Shown here: positions 1-9,263 of the stretch, piece after piece | Layout of the letters: each line of letters opens with the position of its first letter | Position numbering within the stretch: the first letter of the stretch is position 1 | Origin: Candidatus Woesebacteria bacterium | GTDB lineage: Bacteria > Patescibacteriota > Microgenomatia > UBA8517 | Assembly (NCBI GenBank): GCA_016926185.1 | Contig: JAFGPD010000027.1 | Coordinates: forward strand, 1-40,759 | Direction of reading: 5' to 3' | Length of the DNA: 40,759 bases | Program-made: the position numbers and the translations under genes | Notes under the pieces: generated by a model | What the model was told of the DNA's origin: nothing | Seen by the model: only the letters and a program-made list of their open reading frames with translations | Databases searched by the model: none

Positions 1-72
1 CACAATTCACTTTTGAACAAAGAAGATAGTCTCTATAAGTATCTTTGGGATCTTCAAACAGCACAGATCTGA
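1..72 (+). CDS. C-terminal end of upstream gene, probably ABC transporter ATP-binding/permease protein (partial)
   Basis: Frame 1 reads HNSLLNKEDSLYKYLWDLQTAQI*, resembling the 'H..LL....Y..LW..Q' tail of MsbA-type exporters. Confidence 0.6.
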   Translation, partial: HNSLLNKEDSLYKYLWDLQTAQI

Positions 73-86
73 CATCATTTGTTTTC

Positions 87-115
87 TTGCCTCTGAAAGC
101 TTCATTTGGTATAAT
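87..115 (+). promoter_or_regulatory. sigma70 promoter for r-protein superoperon leader
   Basis: TTGCCT (87-92), 17-nt spacer, extended -10 TGgTATAAT (107-115). Confidence 0.75.
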
Positions 116-177
116 TACGTCCGTGGAGGTGGTTCGTCAAACATAGCCTCGAAAAGTACTTTTCTGGAAGGGTTATT

Positions 178-201
178 GGTGCCTTCTGGCACCTTTTTTT
201 T
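178..201 (+). terminator. Intrinsic terminator within rplC leader
   Basis: GGTGCC-ttct-GGCACC followed by 8 T. Confidence 0.75.
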
Positions 202-344
202 GGTCTCTTTTTAGTTTTTTAAATAAATGACCAAACCCTGCAAATAACGCTCCTTGAGCCGTGTATGAATAATACAAAAAAGGCGAAAGGTAAGTTGAAG
301 AGGGTGATGGATTAAAACTGCCTTGATGAAAATACAAAATAAAA

Positions 345-1106
345 ATGATCGATACAATTTTGGGTACGAAAAAGAAAATGAGCCAGACATTTGTCGGCGA
401 AACAAGAATACCTGTTACTTTAGTGCAGGCTGGGCCTTGTGTTGTAACTTCAATAAAGGATAAAGACCGCGATGGTTATTGGGCCGTGCAAATTGCGTAC
501 GGACAAAAGAAGCTGAAAAATATTAACAAGCCTCTTATGGGTCATTTAAAAGGTGCCATAGAAAAATCAAAAATCATAGATCAAAAATCAAAAGTGGCGC
601 CTAGCTTTATACGGGAGGTAAGACTTGAAGAAAAACCTGAGTTAAAGGTTGGCGATATAGTAAAAATATCAGATATTTTTACTCCTGGCGATGTTGTTCA
701 AGTTACCGGGATTGGAAAAGGGAAAGGTTTTCAAGGTGTTGTGAAGCGATGGGGTTTTGCCACCAGTGGACGAAGTCATGGTGAACACAGAAGAAGAAGG
801 GCTCCAGGATCGATCGGTCAGGGAACGGATCCGGGGAGGGTCCATAAAGGTAAAAAAATGCCAGGGCGAATGGGAGGATCGAAAATAACGATAAAAAATC
901 TTAAAATTGTCAAAGTTGATGAAGAAAATAATTTGCTTATGATCTCTGGATCGATTCCGGGATCTGTTAATAGTTTTATAGTTATAGCAAAAACAGCTGA
1001 AGGAAAAAGATCGGATCTTGAGAAAGAGGTAGAAGTAGCACCTGAGAAAGGAACTGATGCCCCCAATGAAGAAACAGAAAACACTGAAACCCAAAAGCAA
1101 GAATAA
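345..1106 (+). CDS. rplC: 50S ribosomal protein L3 (acidic C-terminal extension)
   Basis: GKGKGFQGVVKRWGF, PGRVHKGKKMPGRMG motifs. Confidence 0.98.
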   Translation: MIDTILGTKKKMSQTFVGETRIPVTLVQAGPCVVTSIKDKDRDGYWAVQIAYGQKKLKNINKPLMGHLKGAIEKSKIIDQKSKVAPSFIREVRLEEKPELKVGDIVKISDIFTPGDVVQVTGIGKGKGFQGVVKRWGFATSGRSHGEHRRRRAPGSIGQGTDPGRVHKGKKMPGRMGGSKITIKNLKIVKVDEENNLLMISGSIPGSVNSFIVIAKTAEGKRSDLEKEVEVAPEKGTDAPNEETENTETQKQE

Positions 1107-1115
1107 AAAAGTAAA

Positions 1116-1781
1116 ATGACTAAACTTAGTGTATATACAGTTAAAGGAACAAAGATAAAAGAGGGTATTAATTTACCTGAAAAATATATTGAGCAAAAAA
1201 ATATTTTTTTGTTAGCCCAAGCAATCAGGGTATATGAAAACAGACTACATGCTAAAAATGCAAGAACGAAAAGAAGGGGGGAAGTAAAGGCGTCGACCAG
1301 AAAGATCTATGCCCAAAAGGGTACAGGCCAAGCAAGACATGGTGCCCTTTCTGCACCGATATTTGTCGGTGGCGGTAAAGCTCATGGGCCTGATGGTAAG
1401 AGCAGGTCTTTACAGTTGTCAAAAAAAATGTCACAAAAAGCTCTTGCGGTATCATTATCACTTAAGGTTAAGGACGATCTTTTGCTGGTGGTTGACGGTC
1501 TGGAAAGTTTAAAAAAGACAAAGGAAGCGGCGGATCTTTTGAAGAAGTTGCTAAAAACAATTAATAAAAATAAGTGTGAAAATGTTTGCATTGCTGTTTC
1601 TGATGCAAACAAAAAAGTCTCAATGTATTTGATAAATATTAAGGGACTAAAAGTTGAACGTTTTTCTGACCTGAATGCCTATAAGGTATTTCAGGCTGAT
1701 GTTCTTATTGTAGACAAACAAGCTTTTTCGGAAAAACAAAATAAAAATATTGACGAAAAGAAAAAGGTTCAAAAAAAATAA
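1116..1781 (+). CDS. rplD: 50S ribosomal protein L4
   Basis: QKGTGQARHG, GGGKAHGP motifs; synteny. Confidence 0.98.
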   Translation: MTKLSVYTVKGTKIKEGINLPEKYIEQKNIFLLAQAIRVYENRLHAKNARTKRRGEVKASTRKIYAQKGTGQARHGALSAPIFVGGGKAHGPDGKSRSLQLSKKMSQKALAVSLSLKVKDDLLLVVDGLESLKKTKEAADLLKKLLKTINKNKCENVCIAVSDANKKVSMYLINIKGLKVERFSDLNAYKVFQADVLIVDKQAFSEKQNKNIDEKKKVQKK

Positions 1782-1784
1782 TCA

Positions 1785-2063
1785 ATGAAAAAGATAATAC
1801 CAATTTTAACTGAGAAAACTTTAAACGAAGCAAAAGAGGGAAGATATGCCTTCTGGGTGGATAACTCATGGAATAAGTACAAAATTTCAGAGGCGATCTC
1901 TAAACTTTACAGTGTCGACATTAAAAGTGTTAGAACAGTTAATTACAAAAAGTTGCAAAAAAGAAATTACATGGGACGATATAAAAAAATTCCCTCAAGA
2001 AAAAAAGCTTTAGTTACCCTTAAAGGAAAAGGGAAGATAGATATTTTTGAATCAAAAAGTTAA
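1785..2063 (+). CDS. rplW: 50S ribosomal protein L23
   Basis: PILTEK, KKALVTL; synteny. Confidence 0.96.
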   Translation: MKKIIPILTEKTLNEAKEGRYAFWVDNSWNKYKISEAISKLYSVDIKSVRTVNYKKLQKRNYMGRYKKIPSRKKALVTLKGKGKIDIFESKS

Positions 2064-2065
2064 AC

Positions 2066-2830
2066 ATGTCAAAACTTAAAAGGATATTACCAAAAAAATC
2101 AGGAAGATCACATGGTACAATTAGTGTCCGTCATCAGGGTGGAAGGAAGAAACGATTTATTAGAGAAGTTGACTTTAAAAGGGATAAAAGAGGTATATGG
2201 GCAATTGTTGAGTCTATAGAATATGATCCCAACAGGAATGCTAATATAGCACTTCTAGTTTACAAGGATGGGGAAAGAAGGTATATTCTTTCAACAGAAA
2301 AACTAAAAGAAGGAGACAAAGTTATTTCGTCTGAGACAGCACCGCTTAATTCAGGAAATGCCCTTCCTTTGAATAAGATTCCTGCTGGAACACAGATACA
2401 CAACGTTGAGATAACACCTGGCAAAGGAGGTCAGATAGTGAAATCTGCGGGATCAGTTGCATTGACCCAGGGGAAGGAAGATGACTTCGTTTTAGTTAAG
2501 CTTCCCTCGGGAGAGATAAGAAGAGTAAAAGGTGAGTGTTATGCAACGATCGGTCAGGTTGGGAATGCTGAACTAGCCTCAGAAAGGATTGGAAGTGCAG
2601 GAAGAAAAAGGAGAATGGGGATAAGGCCATCGGTTAGGGGTACAGCACAGCATCCGGGGTCCCATCCTCACGGAGGAGGAGAGGGAAGAAGCGGGGTTGG
2701 TCTTAAGTATCCAAAGACCCCCTACGGAAAACCTGCTGTAGGTAAAACCAGGAAAAAGAAAAAGTACTCAGATAAATATATTGTGAAGGGTCGAAAGAAA
2801 GGCTCTCACGCAAGAAATAAGTATAATTAA
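2066..2830 (+). CDS. rplB: 50S ribosomal protein L2 (short N-terminus)
   Basis: [22 protein letters not shown]. Confidence 0.98.
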   Translation: MSKLKRILPKKSGRSHGTISVRHQGGRKKRFIREVDFKRDKRGIWAIVESIEYDPNRNANIALLVYKDGERRYILSTEKLKEGDKVISSETAPLNSGNALPLNKIPAGTQIHNVEITPGKGGQIVKSAGSVALTQGKEDDFVLVKLPSGEIRRVKGECYATIGQVGNAELASERIGSAGRKRRMGIRPSVRGTAQHPGSHPHGGGEGRSGVGLKYPKTPYGKPAVGKTRKKKKYSDKYIVKGRKKGSHARNKYN

Positions 2831-2832
2831 AC

Positions 2833-3114
2833 ATGTCAAGATCAAGTAAAAAAGGACCATATGTAGATGAGAGGCTTTTAAAGAGAGCCAAAGAAGGTAA
2901 AGGGGAAAAGGGAAAAGCTATAAAAACATGGGCAAGAGAAAGTCAGATCGCCCCTGAATTTGTAGGTAAGTATTTTAAGGTTCATAACGGTAAGAACTTT
3001 ATTGAGGTCTTTGTGACCGAGGATATGGTGGGTCACAGGTTAGGAGAGTTTGCACCGACGAGAACTTTCAGAGGTCATGGTCAGGTTGTGAAGAGAATCA
3101 TAGAAAAGACTTAA
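2833..3114 (+). CDS. rpsS: 30S ribosomal protein S19
   Basis: [24 protein letters not shown]. Confidence 0.98.
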   Translation: MSRSSKKGPYVDERLLKRAKEGKGEKGKAIKTWARESQIAPEFVGKYFKVHNGKNFIEVFVTEDMVGHRLGEFAPTRTFRGHGQVVKRIIEKT

Positions 3115-3131
3115 AAAGTAAAAATATACTT

Positions 3132-3680
3132 ATGAAAATTATAGCAACACAGAAATATTTTAGAATGACACCTCGAAAGCTGAGGTTGGTTGCGTCTATT
3201 GCAAAAAAGATGGAACCTGAGGAGGCTATTGCGAAATTACCTTTTCTCAAAAAAAGAGCAAAGGAACCAATAATAAAAGTTATCAAAACAGCTCTTGCCA
3301 ACGGAAAAGTTAAGGGTTTTACTCCAGACCAGTTGGAATTTGATGAGATCCAAATTTGTGAAGGACCAAGACTTAAAAGAGGAAGAGCAGTTTCCAGAGG
3401 ACGCTGGCATCCTTACCAAAGAAAGATGAGTCATATAAGAATTGTTTTAAAAACAAAAGAAGGTTCGGATAAAAAGACTGGAAAGCAGAAAAAAACAGTT
3501 GGTACTGAAAAAGTTGTTAAAGAGAAAACAAAAAAGATTAGTTTAGATCAGATCAGCAAACTGCGTTCAAATAAAGGTGAAGGCAAACAAAAAGCTGATA
3601 AAGAAATCGCAAAAGGTCAACAGAAAACAGCCAGAGAAACTATAAAAGACAGAAAGTCTGTTAGGACAACACATAAATAA
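3132..3680 (+). CDS. rplV: 50S ribosomal protein L22 with ~70-aa basic C-terminal extension
   Basis: RMTPRKLRLVA, GPRLKR, SHIRIVL. Confidence 0.97.
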   Translation: MKIIATQKYFRMTPRKLRLVASIAKKMEPEEAIAKLPFLKKRAKEPIIKVIKTALANGKVKGFTPDQLEFDEIQICEGPRLKRGRAVSRGRWHPYQRKMSHIRIVLKTKEGSDKKTGKQKKTVGTEKVVKEKTKKISLDQISKLRSNKGEGKQKADKEIAKGQQKTARETIKDRKSVRTTHK

Positions 3681-3681
3681 T

Positions 3682-4338
3682 ATGGGACAAAAAGTAAACC
3701 CGACAGGTTTTAGAGTGGGTACATATAAACCTTGGAAATCAAGGTGGTTTGCTGATGATAAAAAATATGAAGATTATCTGATAGAAGATATCAAGATCAG
3801 GGATTTTCTAAAAGAGAAACTTAAAATTGCTGGAATTACTAAGGTAGAGATCGAAAGGTTGCCCAAAAGTATTGTGATCATTATGACAGTTTCCAGGCCT
3901 GGCGTGGTCATAGGAAGGGGCGGTTCAGGAATTGAGCAGATAAAAGAAGATATTTTAGGTATTATTAAAAAAATCCGAGGCGGAGATGTTGATAATGTAC
4001 AAATAGACCCTAGAGTGGTAGAATTAAAAAACCCCGAACTATCGGCAAAATTAGTAGCTGATAGGATTGTGAACAATCTTGAGCGAAGAATGCCTCACAG
4101 GAGAGTGATAACAAGAGCAATAGACAGGGTTATGCAGTCAGGAGCAAAGGGTGTAAAGATAATCCTTTCGGGCAGGATCGCTGGTGCAGATATTGCAAGA
4201 AAAGAAAAATACCATCAGGGTTCGATACCTATTCAGACGTTGAGAAAGAACGTTGATTATGCTCAAGTCCCTGCTCTTTTAAAAAGAGGTTATGTGGGCG
4301 TGAAGGTTTTTATTCATAAGGATTATGAGGAGGAATAA
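3682..4338 (+). CDS. rpsC: 30S ribosomal protein S3
   Basis: MGQKVNPTGFR, RPGVVIGRGG KH motif. Confidence 0.98.
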   Translation: MGQKVNPTGFRVGTYKPWKSRWFADDKKYEDYLIEDIKIRDFLKEKLKIAGITKVEIERLPKSIVIIMTVSRPGVVIGRGGSGIEQIKEDILGIIKKIRGGDVDNVQIDPRVVELKNPELSAKLVADRIVNNLERRMPHRRVITRAIDRVMQSGAKGVKIILSGRIAGADIARKEKYHQGSIPIQTLRKNVDYAQVPALLKRGYVGVKVFIHKDYEEE

Positions 4339-4749
4339 ATGTTAGAACCTAAAAGAAAAAAGTACAGAAAAAGCTTTCGAGGTAGAATGAAAGGTAAGGC
4401 TTATCGGGGAAGTGATCTTGCCTTTGGTGATTATGGAATAAAATCTATAGGCAGAGGTTGGCTTTCCGGCAGACAAATTGAGGCAGCAAGAAGAGCAATA
4501 ACACACGCTATAAAAAGGGGCGGTAAAGTATGGATCAGAGTTTTTCCAAGCAAGCCTGTCACTGCCAGACCGGCAGGACAAAGGATGGGTAGCGGTAAGG
4601 GTGATATTAGTCATCATGTGGCTGTGGTGAAACCCGGATTGGTTCTTTTTGAGGTTGCAGGAGTTGAGGAAGATGTAGTTGACAACGCTTTTAGCAGAGC
4701 AATGGCAAAGTTACCATTTAAGTCAAAGATAGTAAAAAGAGAAGCATAA
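4339..4749 (+). CDS. rplP: 50S ribosomal protein L16
   Basis: [17 protein letters not shown]. Confidence 0.98.
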   Translation: MLEPKRKKYRKSFRGRMKGKAYRGSDLAFGDYGIKSIGRGWLSGRQIEAARRAITHAIKRGGKVWIRVFPSKPVTARPAGQRMGSGKGDISHHVAVVKPGLVLFEVAGVEEDVVDNAFSRAMAKLPFKSKIVKREA

Positions 4750-4750
4750 A

Positions 4751-4972
4751 ATGAAGAGAAAAGAATTAAAAAATCTAAACGATAAGACGGCAAGTCAATT
4801 GAAGGAAAAAGCTGGCAAAGATAAACAAAAACTTAGAGAATTGATGGCGGAGTTTTATGGGAAAGGTGATAAGAATCCTGAAAATATAAGACAGCTTAAA
4901 AAAGATATTGCCCAGACATTGACAATACTTAGACAAAAAGAGATCCAGGAAAAATATAATCAAGCAAAATAA
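4751..4972 (+). CDS. rpmC: 50S ribosomal protein L29
   Basis: IRQLKKDIAQTLTIL; synteny between rplP and rpsQ. Confidence 0.93.
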   Translation: MKRKELKNLNDKTASQLKEKAGKDKQKLRELMAEFYGKGDKNPENIRQLKKDIAQTLTILRQKEIQEKYNQAK

Positions 4973-4984
4973 ATCAAAAAATAA

Positions 4985-5293
4985 ATGAAAATACACGAAG
5001 GAAAAGTTGTAGGAAAAAAGATGGAAAAAACGGCAACGGTTGAGGTTGTGAGAGTAGTCATGCATCCTGTATACAAAAAAAGGTATAAAAGAAGAAAAAT
5101 ATATCATGTTCATGATGAATTAGGTTCACAGATCGGTCAGAAAGTGATATTTGTTGACTGTAAACCAGTCAGCAAACTTAAAAGATGGAAGGTGATAGAA
5201 ATTGTAGGAAAGGATAAAGCTGATTCTAATGAAAAATCAAAAGTTGCTAAAGGTAATAAAAAGACAACAAAAACAAAGGGTTCAAAGAAATGA
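4985..5293 (+). CDS. rpsQ: 30S ribosomal protein S17
   Basis: KMEKTATV, HPVYKK, PVSKLKRW. Confidence 0.97.
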   Translation: MKIHEGKVVGKKMEKTATVEVVRVVMHPVYKKRYKRRKIYHVHDELGSQIGQKVIFVDCKPVSKLKRWKVIEIVGKDKADSNEKSKVAKGNKKTTKTKGSKK

Positions 5294-5655
5294 TACAACT
5301 GAGAAGTATATTAAAACCTGCTGATAATTCGGGTGCCAAAAAACTCGCTGTGATTGGAGTGCCGGGGAGACTTGGTAAAAAAGCGACTGTCGGAGACGTC
5401 ATTAATTGTGTGGTTCATGGTGCTGATCCTAATGGTAGCGTTAAAAACAGGGAAAAAGTTAAAGTGTTGGTTGTACGAACCAGAAAGGAAGTTAAAAGAA
5501 ACGATGGCAGTTATGTACGTTTTGATGACAATGCTGGAGTTATTATCGATAAATATGGTTTACCTGTAGGAACGAGGATACTTGGACCGATAGCCAGAGA
5601 GGTAAGAGATAAAGGTTATACGAAGATCGCGTCACTTGCGCGCGAGGTTATATAA
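5290..5655 (+). CDS. rplN: 50S ribosomal protein L14
   Basis: ADNSGAK, RFDDNAGV, GTRILGPIARE. Confidence 0.98.
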   Translation: MIQLRSILKPADNSGAKKLAVIGVPGRLGKKATVGDVINCVVHGADPNGSVKNREKVKVLVVRTRKEVKRNDGSYVRFDDNAGVIIDKYGLPVGTRILGPIAREVRDKGYTKIASLAREVI

Positions 5656-5657
5656 AT

Positions 5658-5981
5658 ATGCTGAAATTTAAAAAAGGAGACAAGATACAGGTTACACAGG
5701 GTAAAGATAGAGGACGTAAGGGTACTATTGAGGCTGTTTTAACGAAAAAGAATGCTGTTTTAGTGCAGGGTTTAAACATGTACAAAAAGCATGTAAAGGG
5801 TTATCAGGGGCAAAAGGGTGGTGTATATGATGTTCCAAGACCTTTGGCTTTTTCAAAAGTTGCCCTGATTTGCCCAAACTGTAAAAAGATTACAAGGATA
5901 GGTTTTGAAAAAGCCGGTGAGGAAAAGGTAAGAATATGCAGAAAATGCAACCGGGAGATCAAGAAAGTTAAAGAAAAGTAA
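5658..5981 (+). CDS. rplX: 50S ribosomal protein L24 (CxxC...CxxC)
   Basis: KKGDKIQVTQGKDRG KOW motif. Confidence 0.97.
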   Translation: MLKFKKGDKIQVTQGKDRGRKGTIEAVLTKKNAVLVQGLNMYKKHVKGYQGQKGGVYDVPRPLAFSKVALICPNCKKITRIGFEKAGEEKVRICRKCNREIKKVKEK

Positions 5982-5982
5982 A

Positions 5983-6537
5983 ATGAGCAGATTGCAAGAA
6001 AAATACTACAGCGAGGTCACCAAAAAACTTTCAAAAAGTTTTGGTATTAAAAATATGTTAGCCTTGCCAAAGATAGAGAAAGTGGTAGTCAATATGGGAA
6101 TAGGTGAAGCGACCAAGAACAAAGAGCTTTTAGAGGAAGCAAGGACTGATATGGCAAAATTCACAGGACAACTTCCGAGTATAAGACTAGCAAGAGTATC
6201 CGTTGCAAGCTTTGGTTTAAGGAAGGGATCTCCGGTTGGTCTGAAAGTAACATTAAGAGGAAAAAGAATGTATGAATTTTTGGATAAACTATTTTCAATA
6301 GTATTGCCGAGACTCCGTGACTTTCGAGGTTTAAATAGAGACAGTTTTGATAAATACGGAAATTATACCTTAGGATTGACCGAACACACACTTTTTCCTG
6401 AGGTGCAATTAGGCAAGATCGGAAGCAGGGGTTTGGAAATAACGATCGTCACTAATACTGAGAATAAAAAACAGGCAGAAGATCTACTTGAGAACATGGG
6501 AATGCCTTTTAAAAAAAATGATCAGGAATCTAAATAA
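5983..6537 (+). CDS. rplE: 50S ribosomal protein L5
   Basis: PKIEKVVVNMGIG, LPRLRDFRGL. Confidence 0.98.
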   Translation: MSRLQEKYYSEVTKKLSKSFGIKNMLALPKIEKVVVNMGIGEATKNKELLEEARTDMAKFTGQLPSIRLARVSVASFGLRKGSPVGLKVTLRGKRMYEFLDKLFSIVLPRLRDFRGLNRDSFDKYGNYTLGLTEHTLFPEVQLGKIGSRGLEITIVTNTENKKQAEDLLENMGMPFKKNDQESK

Positions 6538-6540
6538 AGT

Positions 6541-6726
6541 ATGGCAAGAACAGCAAAAATTGTAAGAGAGAAGAAAAATCTTAAATATAAGGTAAGATAT
6601 AGAAATCGCTGCAGACTATGCGGTAGACCGAGAGGTTACCTGAGGAAGTTTGGACTTTGCAGGCTGTGTTTTAGAGAGAGAGCTCTTAAGGGAGAGATCC
6701 CTGGAGTTAAAAAATCAAGCTGGTAG
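6541..6726 (+). CDS. rpsN: 30S ribosomal protein S14 (Zn-binding type Z)
   Basis: [10 protein letters not shown]...LCRLCFRE...KSSW. Confidence 0.98.
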   Translation: MARTAKIVREKKNLKYKVRYRNRCRLCGRPRGYLRKFGLCRLCFRERALKGEIPGVKKSSW

Positions 6727-6745
6727 GTGAAATTATTAAAATAAT

Positions 6746-7162
6746 ATGTCAGATACAAGTAAAAAAATCATAAAAAGCTATAAACAGAATAATTATCCAA
6801 TTGGTGACTTTATGATAAAGGTCAAAAATGCAGTTGCCATAAACCAGAAGGAGATAGTATATCAGCAAAATTCATTGGTTTATGAGGTTGCAAAAAAATT
6901 AAAAGACTTAGGTTTTTTCGAAAAAGTCGAGAAAAATGATGATGAAATAAAGGTTAATATAAGTTATCACAAGAAAGAACCTGTAATAATAAGTATTGAC
7001 ATCGTTTCAAGACCTGGTCTTAGGGTTTATAAAAGTGCTCAGGACCTTGCAAAGGAAAAGGGTCCGTCTGTATTCATTGTCACTACTAGCAAAGGGATTT
7101 TGTCCCATAAAGAAGCAATAAAACAGAATGTTGGCGGTGAGGTGTTAGCAGAAATTCTTTAA
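6746..7162 (+). CDS. rpsH: 30S ribosomal protein S8
   Basis: PIGDFMIKVKNA, SRPGLRVY, GGEVL. Confidence 0.97.
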   Translation: MSDTSKKIIKSYKQNNYPIGDFMIKVKNAVAINQKEIVYQQNSLVYEVAKKLKDLGFFEKVEKNDDEIKVNISYHKKEPVIISIDIVSRPGLRVYKSAQDLAKEKGPSVFIVTTSKGILSHKEAIKQNVGGEVLAEIL

Positions 7163-7166
7163 TAAT

Positions 7167-7724
7167 ATGAGTAGAATTGGAAAACAACCAGTAGAAAAGC
7201 CGGATTCGGTAGAGATAAATCTAGATGGTCAGACTTTAACAGTCAAAGGACCTAAAGGTGAGATAAGCAAAAAGATCCCTAGACAAATTCAGCTAAGAAT
7301 TGATGGGGGTGTGGTTGTTGTTGAAAGAAAGTCAAATACAAAACAGAATCGTGCTTTGCATGGAACATATCGTGCCCTTATACAAAATATGGTTTTGGGA
7401 GTAACTGAAGGGTGGAAGAAGGAATTAGAAATAGTCGGTACGGGTTACAGAGCAGAAGGTTCTGATAAAGAAATCATACTGACTATTGGTTTTTCTCACC
7501 CCGTAAAGATAAAGGCACCTGAAGGTGTCAGCTTTAATGTCCAAAAGACTGATATTACAGTTGAGGGTGTTGACAAGGAAAAAGTTGGTCAAACCGCGGC
7601 TAATATTAGAAAAGTCAGACCACCCGAACCATATAAAGGAAAGGGTATCAAATATAAAGATGAAGTTGTTTTGAGAAAGCCTGGGAAAGCGGCAAAAGCA
7701 GCTGGTGCAGCAGGTGCGGCATAA
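7167..7724 (+). CDS. rplF: 50S ribosomal protein L6
   Basis: MSRIGKQPV, RPPEPYKGKGIKY. Confidence 0.98.
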   Translation: MSRIGKQPVEKPDSVEINLDGQTLTVKGPKGEISKKIPRQIQLRIDGGVVVVERKSNTKQNRALHGTYRALIQNMVLGVTEGWKKELEIVGTGYRAEGSDKEIILTIGFSHPVKIKAPEGVSFNVQKTDITVEGVDKEKVGQTAANIRKVRPPEPYKGKGIKYKDEVVLRKPGKAAKAAGAAGAA

Positions 7725-7729
7725 TCAAT

Positions 7730-8077
7730 ATGAAAAATATGTACAAAAAATCAAGTATTTATGGAACAATGAGCAGACCTAGAGTGTCTATTTCGAAATC
7801 AAATAAATATCTTTCCGCCCAATTGATCGATGATGAAAGAGCGAGAACTATTATTTCCGGTAGTGATAAAGATGTTAAAATTTCGAAAAATGATAAATCT
7901 AAGGAAATAGGTGATGGGAATAAGGTCATTAGGGCTTATAATTTGGGTATTGATTTGGCAAAAAAAGCAAAAAGCAAAAAGATAACAAGTGTTGTTTTTG
8001 ATAGGGGTAGATACAGATATCATGGACGTGTAAGAGCCTTGGCTGAAGGACTTAGAAAAGGAGGAATTAAACTATGA
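7730..8077 (+). CDS. rplR: 50S ribosomal protein L18
   Basis: RPRVSISKSNK, VVFDRGRYRYHGRVRALAEG. Confidence 0.97.
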   Translation: MKNMYKKSSIYGTMSRPRVSISKSNKYLSAQLIDDERARTIISGSDKDVKISKNDKSKEIGDGNKVIRAYNLGIDLAKKAKSKKITSVVFDRGRYRYHGRVRALAEGLRKGGIKL

Positions 8078-8628
8078 CAGGATACATACCAAAAGAAGAA
8101 AAAGAATTTGAAGAAACAGTAATTGAGATCAAAAGGGTTAGTAAAAAAACCAAAGGAGGCAATACTATACGATTTACTGCACTTGTTGTTGTAGGAGACA
8201 AAAAGGGCAGGGTTGGAGTAGGATTATCAAAATCTCCTGATGTAAGAGGTGCTATAACAAAGGCTTTTGATCATGCTAAAAGGAGACTTATCACAGTTCC
8301 TCTTAAAGGTGATACTATTCCATATGGGGCGGAAGAAAAGTTTTCGGCTGCAAAAGTTATACTTAAACCAGCACCATCCGGTTCGGGAGTTGTTGCGGGA
8401 GGTCCTATGAGAGCAGTTCTGGAGGCTGCAGGAGTTAGAAATGCTGTGGGAAAGATATTGGGAACAACAAACAAGGCATCAAATGTATATGCGACCATCA
8501 ATGCTCTCAAAAAGATCGGTAAAATTGACAGAAAACTAAATGCAAGAAAAGACATTTTTGCAGCTAAAAAGGACAAAAAAAATGATGATAGAAAAAGTAC
8601 TAAAATCAAAAAAGCTAGTAAAAAATGA
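8074..8628 (+). CDS. rpsE: 30S ribosomal protein S5
   Basis: RVSKKTKGG, ALVVVGD, AGGPMRAVLE. Confidence 0.98.
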   Translation: MTGYIPKEEKEFEETVIEIKRVSKKTKGGNTIRFTALVVVGDKKGRVGVGLSKSPDVRGAITKAFDHAKRRLITVPLKGDTIPYGAEEKFSAAKVILKPAPSGSGVVAGGPMRAVLEAAGVRNAVGKILGTTNKASNVYATINALKKIGKIDRKLNARKDIFAAKKDKKNDDRKSTKIKKASKK

Positions 8629-9158
8629 AAAATAAATTACCAAAAACAGTAAAAAGAAGAAATAAGAGGGTGGGTAGAGGTTATGGCAGCGGTAAGGGTG
8701 GTCATACCACAGGTAGAGGAGTCAAGGGTCAAAGAGCCAGGACAAAGAATAACATTCTTTTTGAAGGTGTAAAGATGAAAAAGTCTTATTTTAAAAGACT
8801 TCCTTTGATGCGTGGAAAAGGGAAATTCAGATCAAAACCTAAACCCATCATTGTCAATCTAGATTATTTGAATTTACTAAGATCTAATACGAAGGTTGAT
8901 ATTAATACACTTATACAAGAGGGGATTGTTAAAAGGGATGATGCTGAAAGATTTGGTGTCAAAATATTGGGTGGCGGTGAGATCAAAAAGAAAATAATCG
9001 TAATGTTGCCAGTTTCCAAATCTGCAGCAAAACAGATAGAAAAAGCAGGAGGCAAGATAGTAGAGGTTTCCGAAAGTATAAACAAAAAAACAGAGAAGGA
9101 AGATAAGACAACTAGAAAGGGATCCAACTCAAAAGCAAAAACTAAAAAAAGTAAATAA
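8625..9158 (+). CDS. rplO: 50S ribosomal protein L15
   Basis: RVGRGYGSGKG, GRGVKGQRAR; overlaps rpsE by 4 nt (no rpmD). Confidence 0.97.
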   Translation: MKNKLPKTVKRRNKRVGRGYGSGKGGHTTGRGVKGQRARTKNNILFEGVKMKKSYFKRLPLMRGKGKFRSKPKPIIVNLDYLNLLRSNTKVDINTLIQEGIVKRDDAERFGVKILGGGEIKKKIIVMLPVSKSAAKQIEKAGGKIVEVSESINKKTEKEDKTTRKGSNSKAKTKKSK

Positions 9159-9263
9159 TATTGACCAGAGTAGTCTTTGAAATTGAAACCATAGGCTGTT
9201 ATCTTAATTTAAGTTGTTGAACTCTTTGTGAATTTATAAAATATTTCTCAACTAAATCCATAA

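Noticed and set aside
121-156. preQ1-I riboswitch-like 'TGGTTCG' hairpin
   Set aside because: Lacks the A-rich tail, and the downstream gene is rplC rather than a queuosine gene
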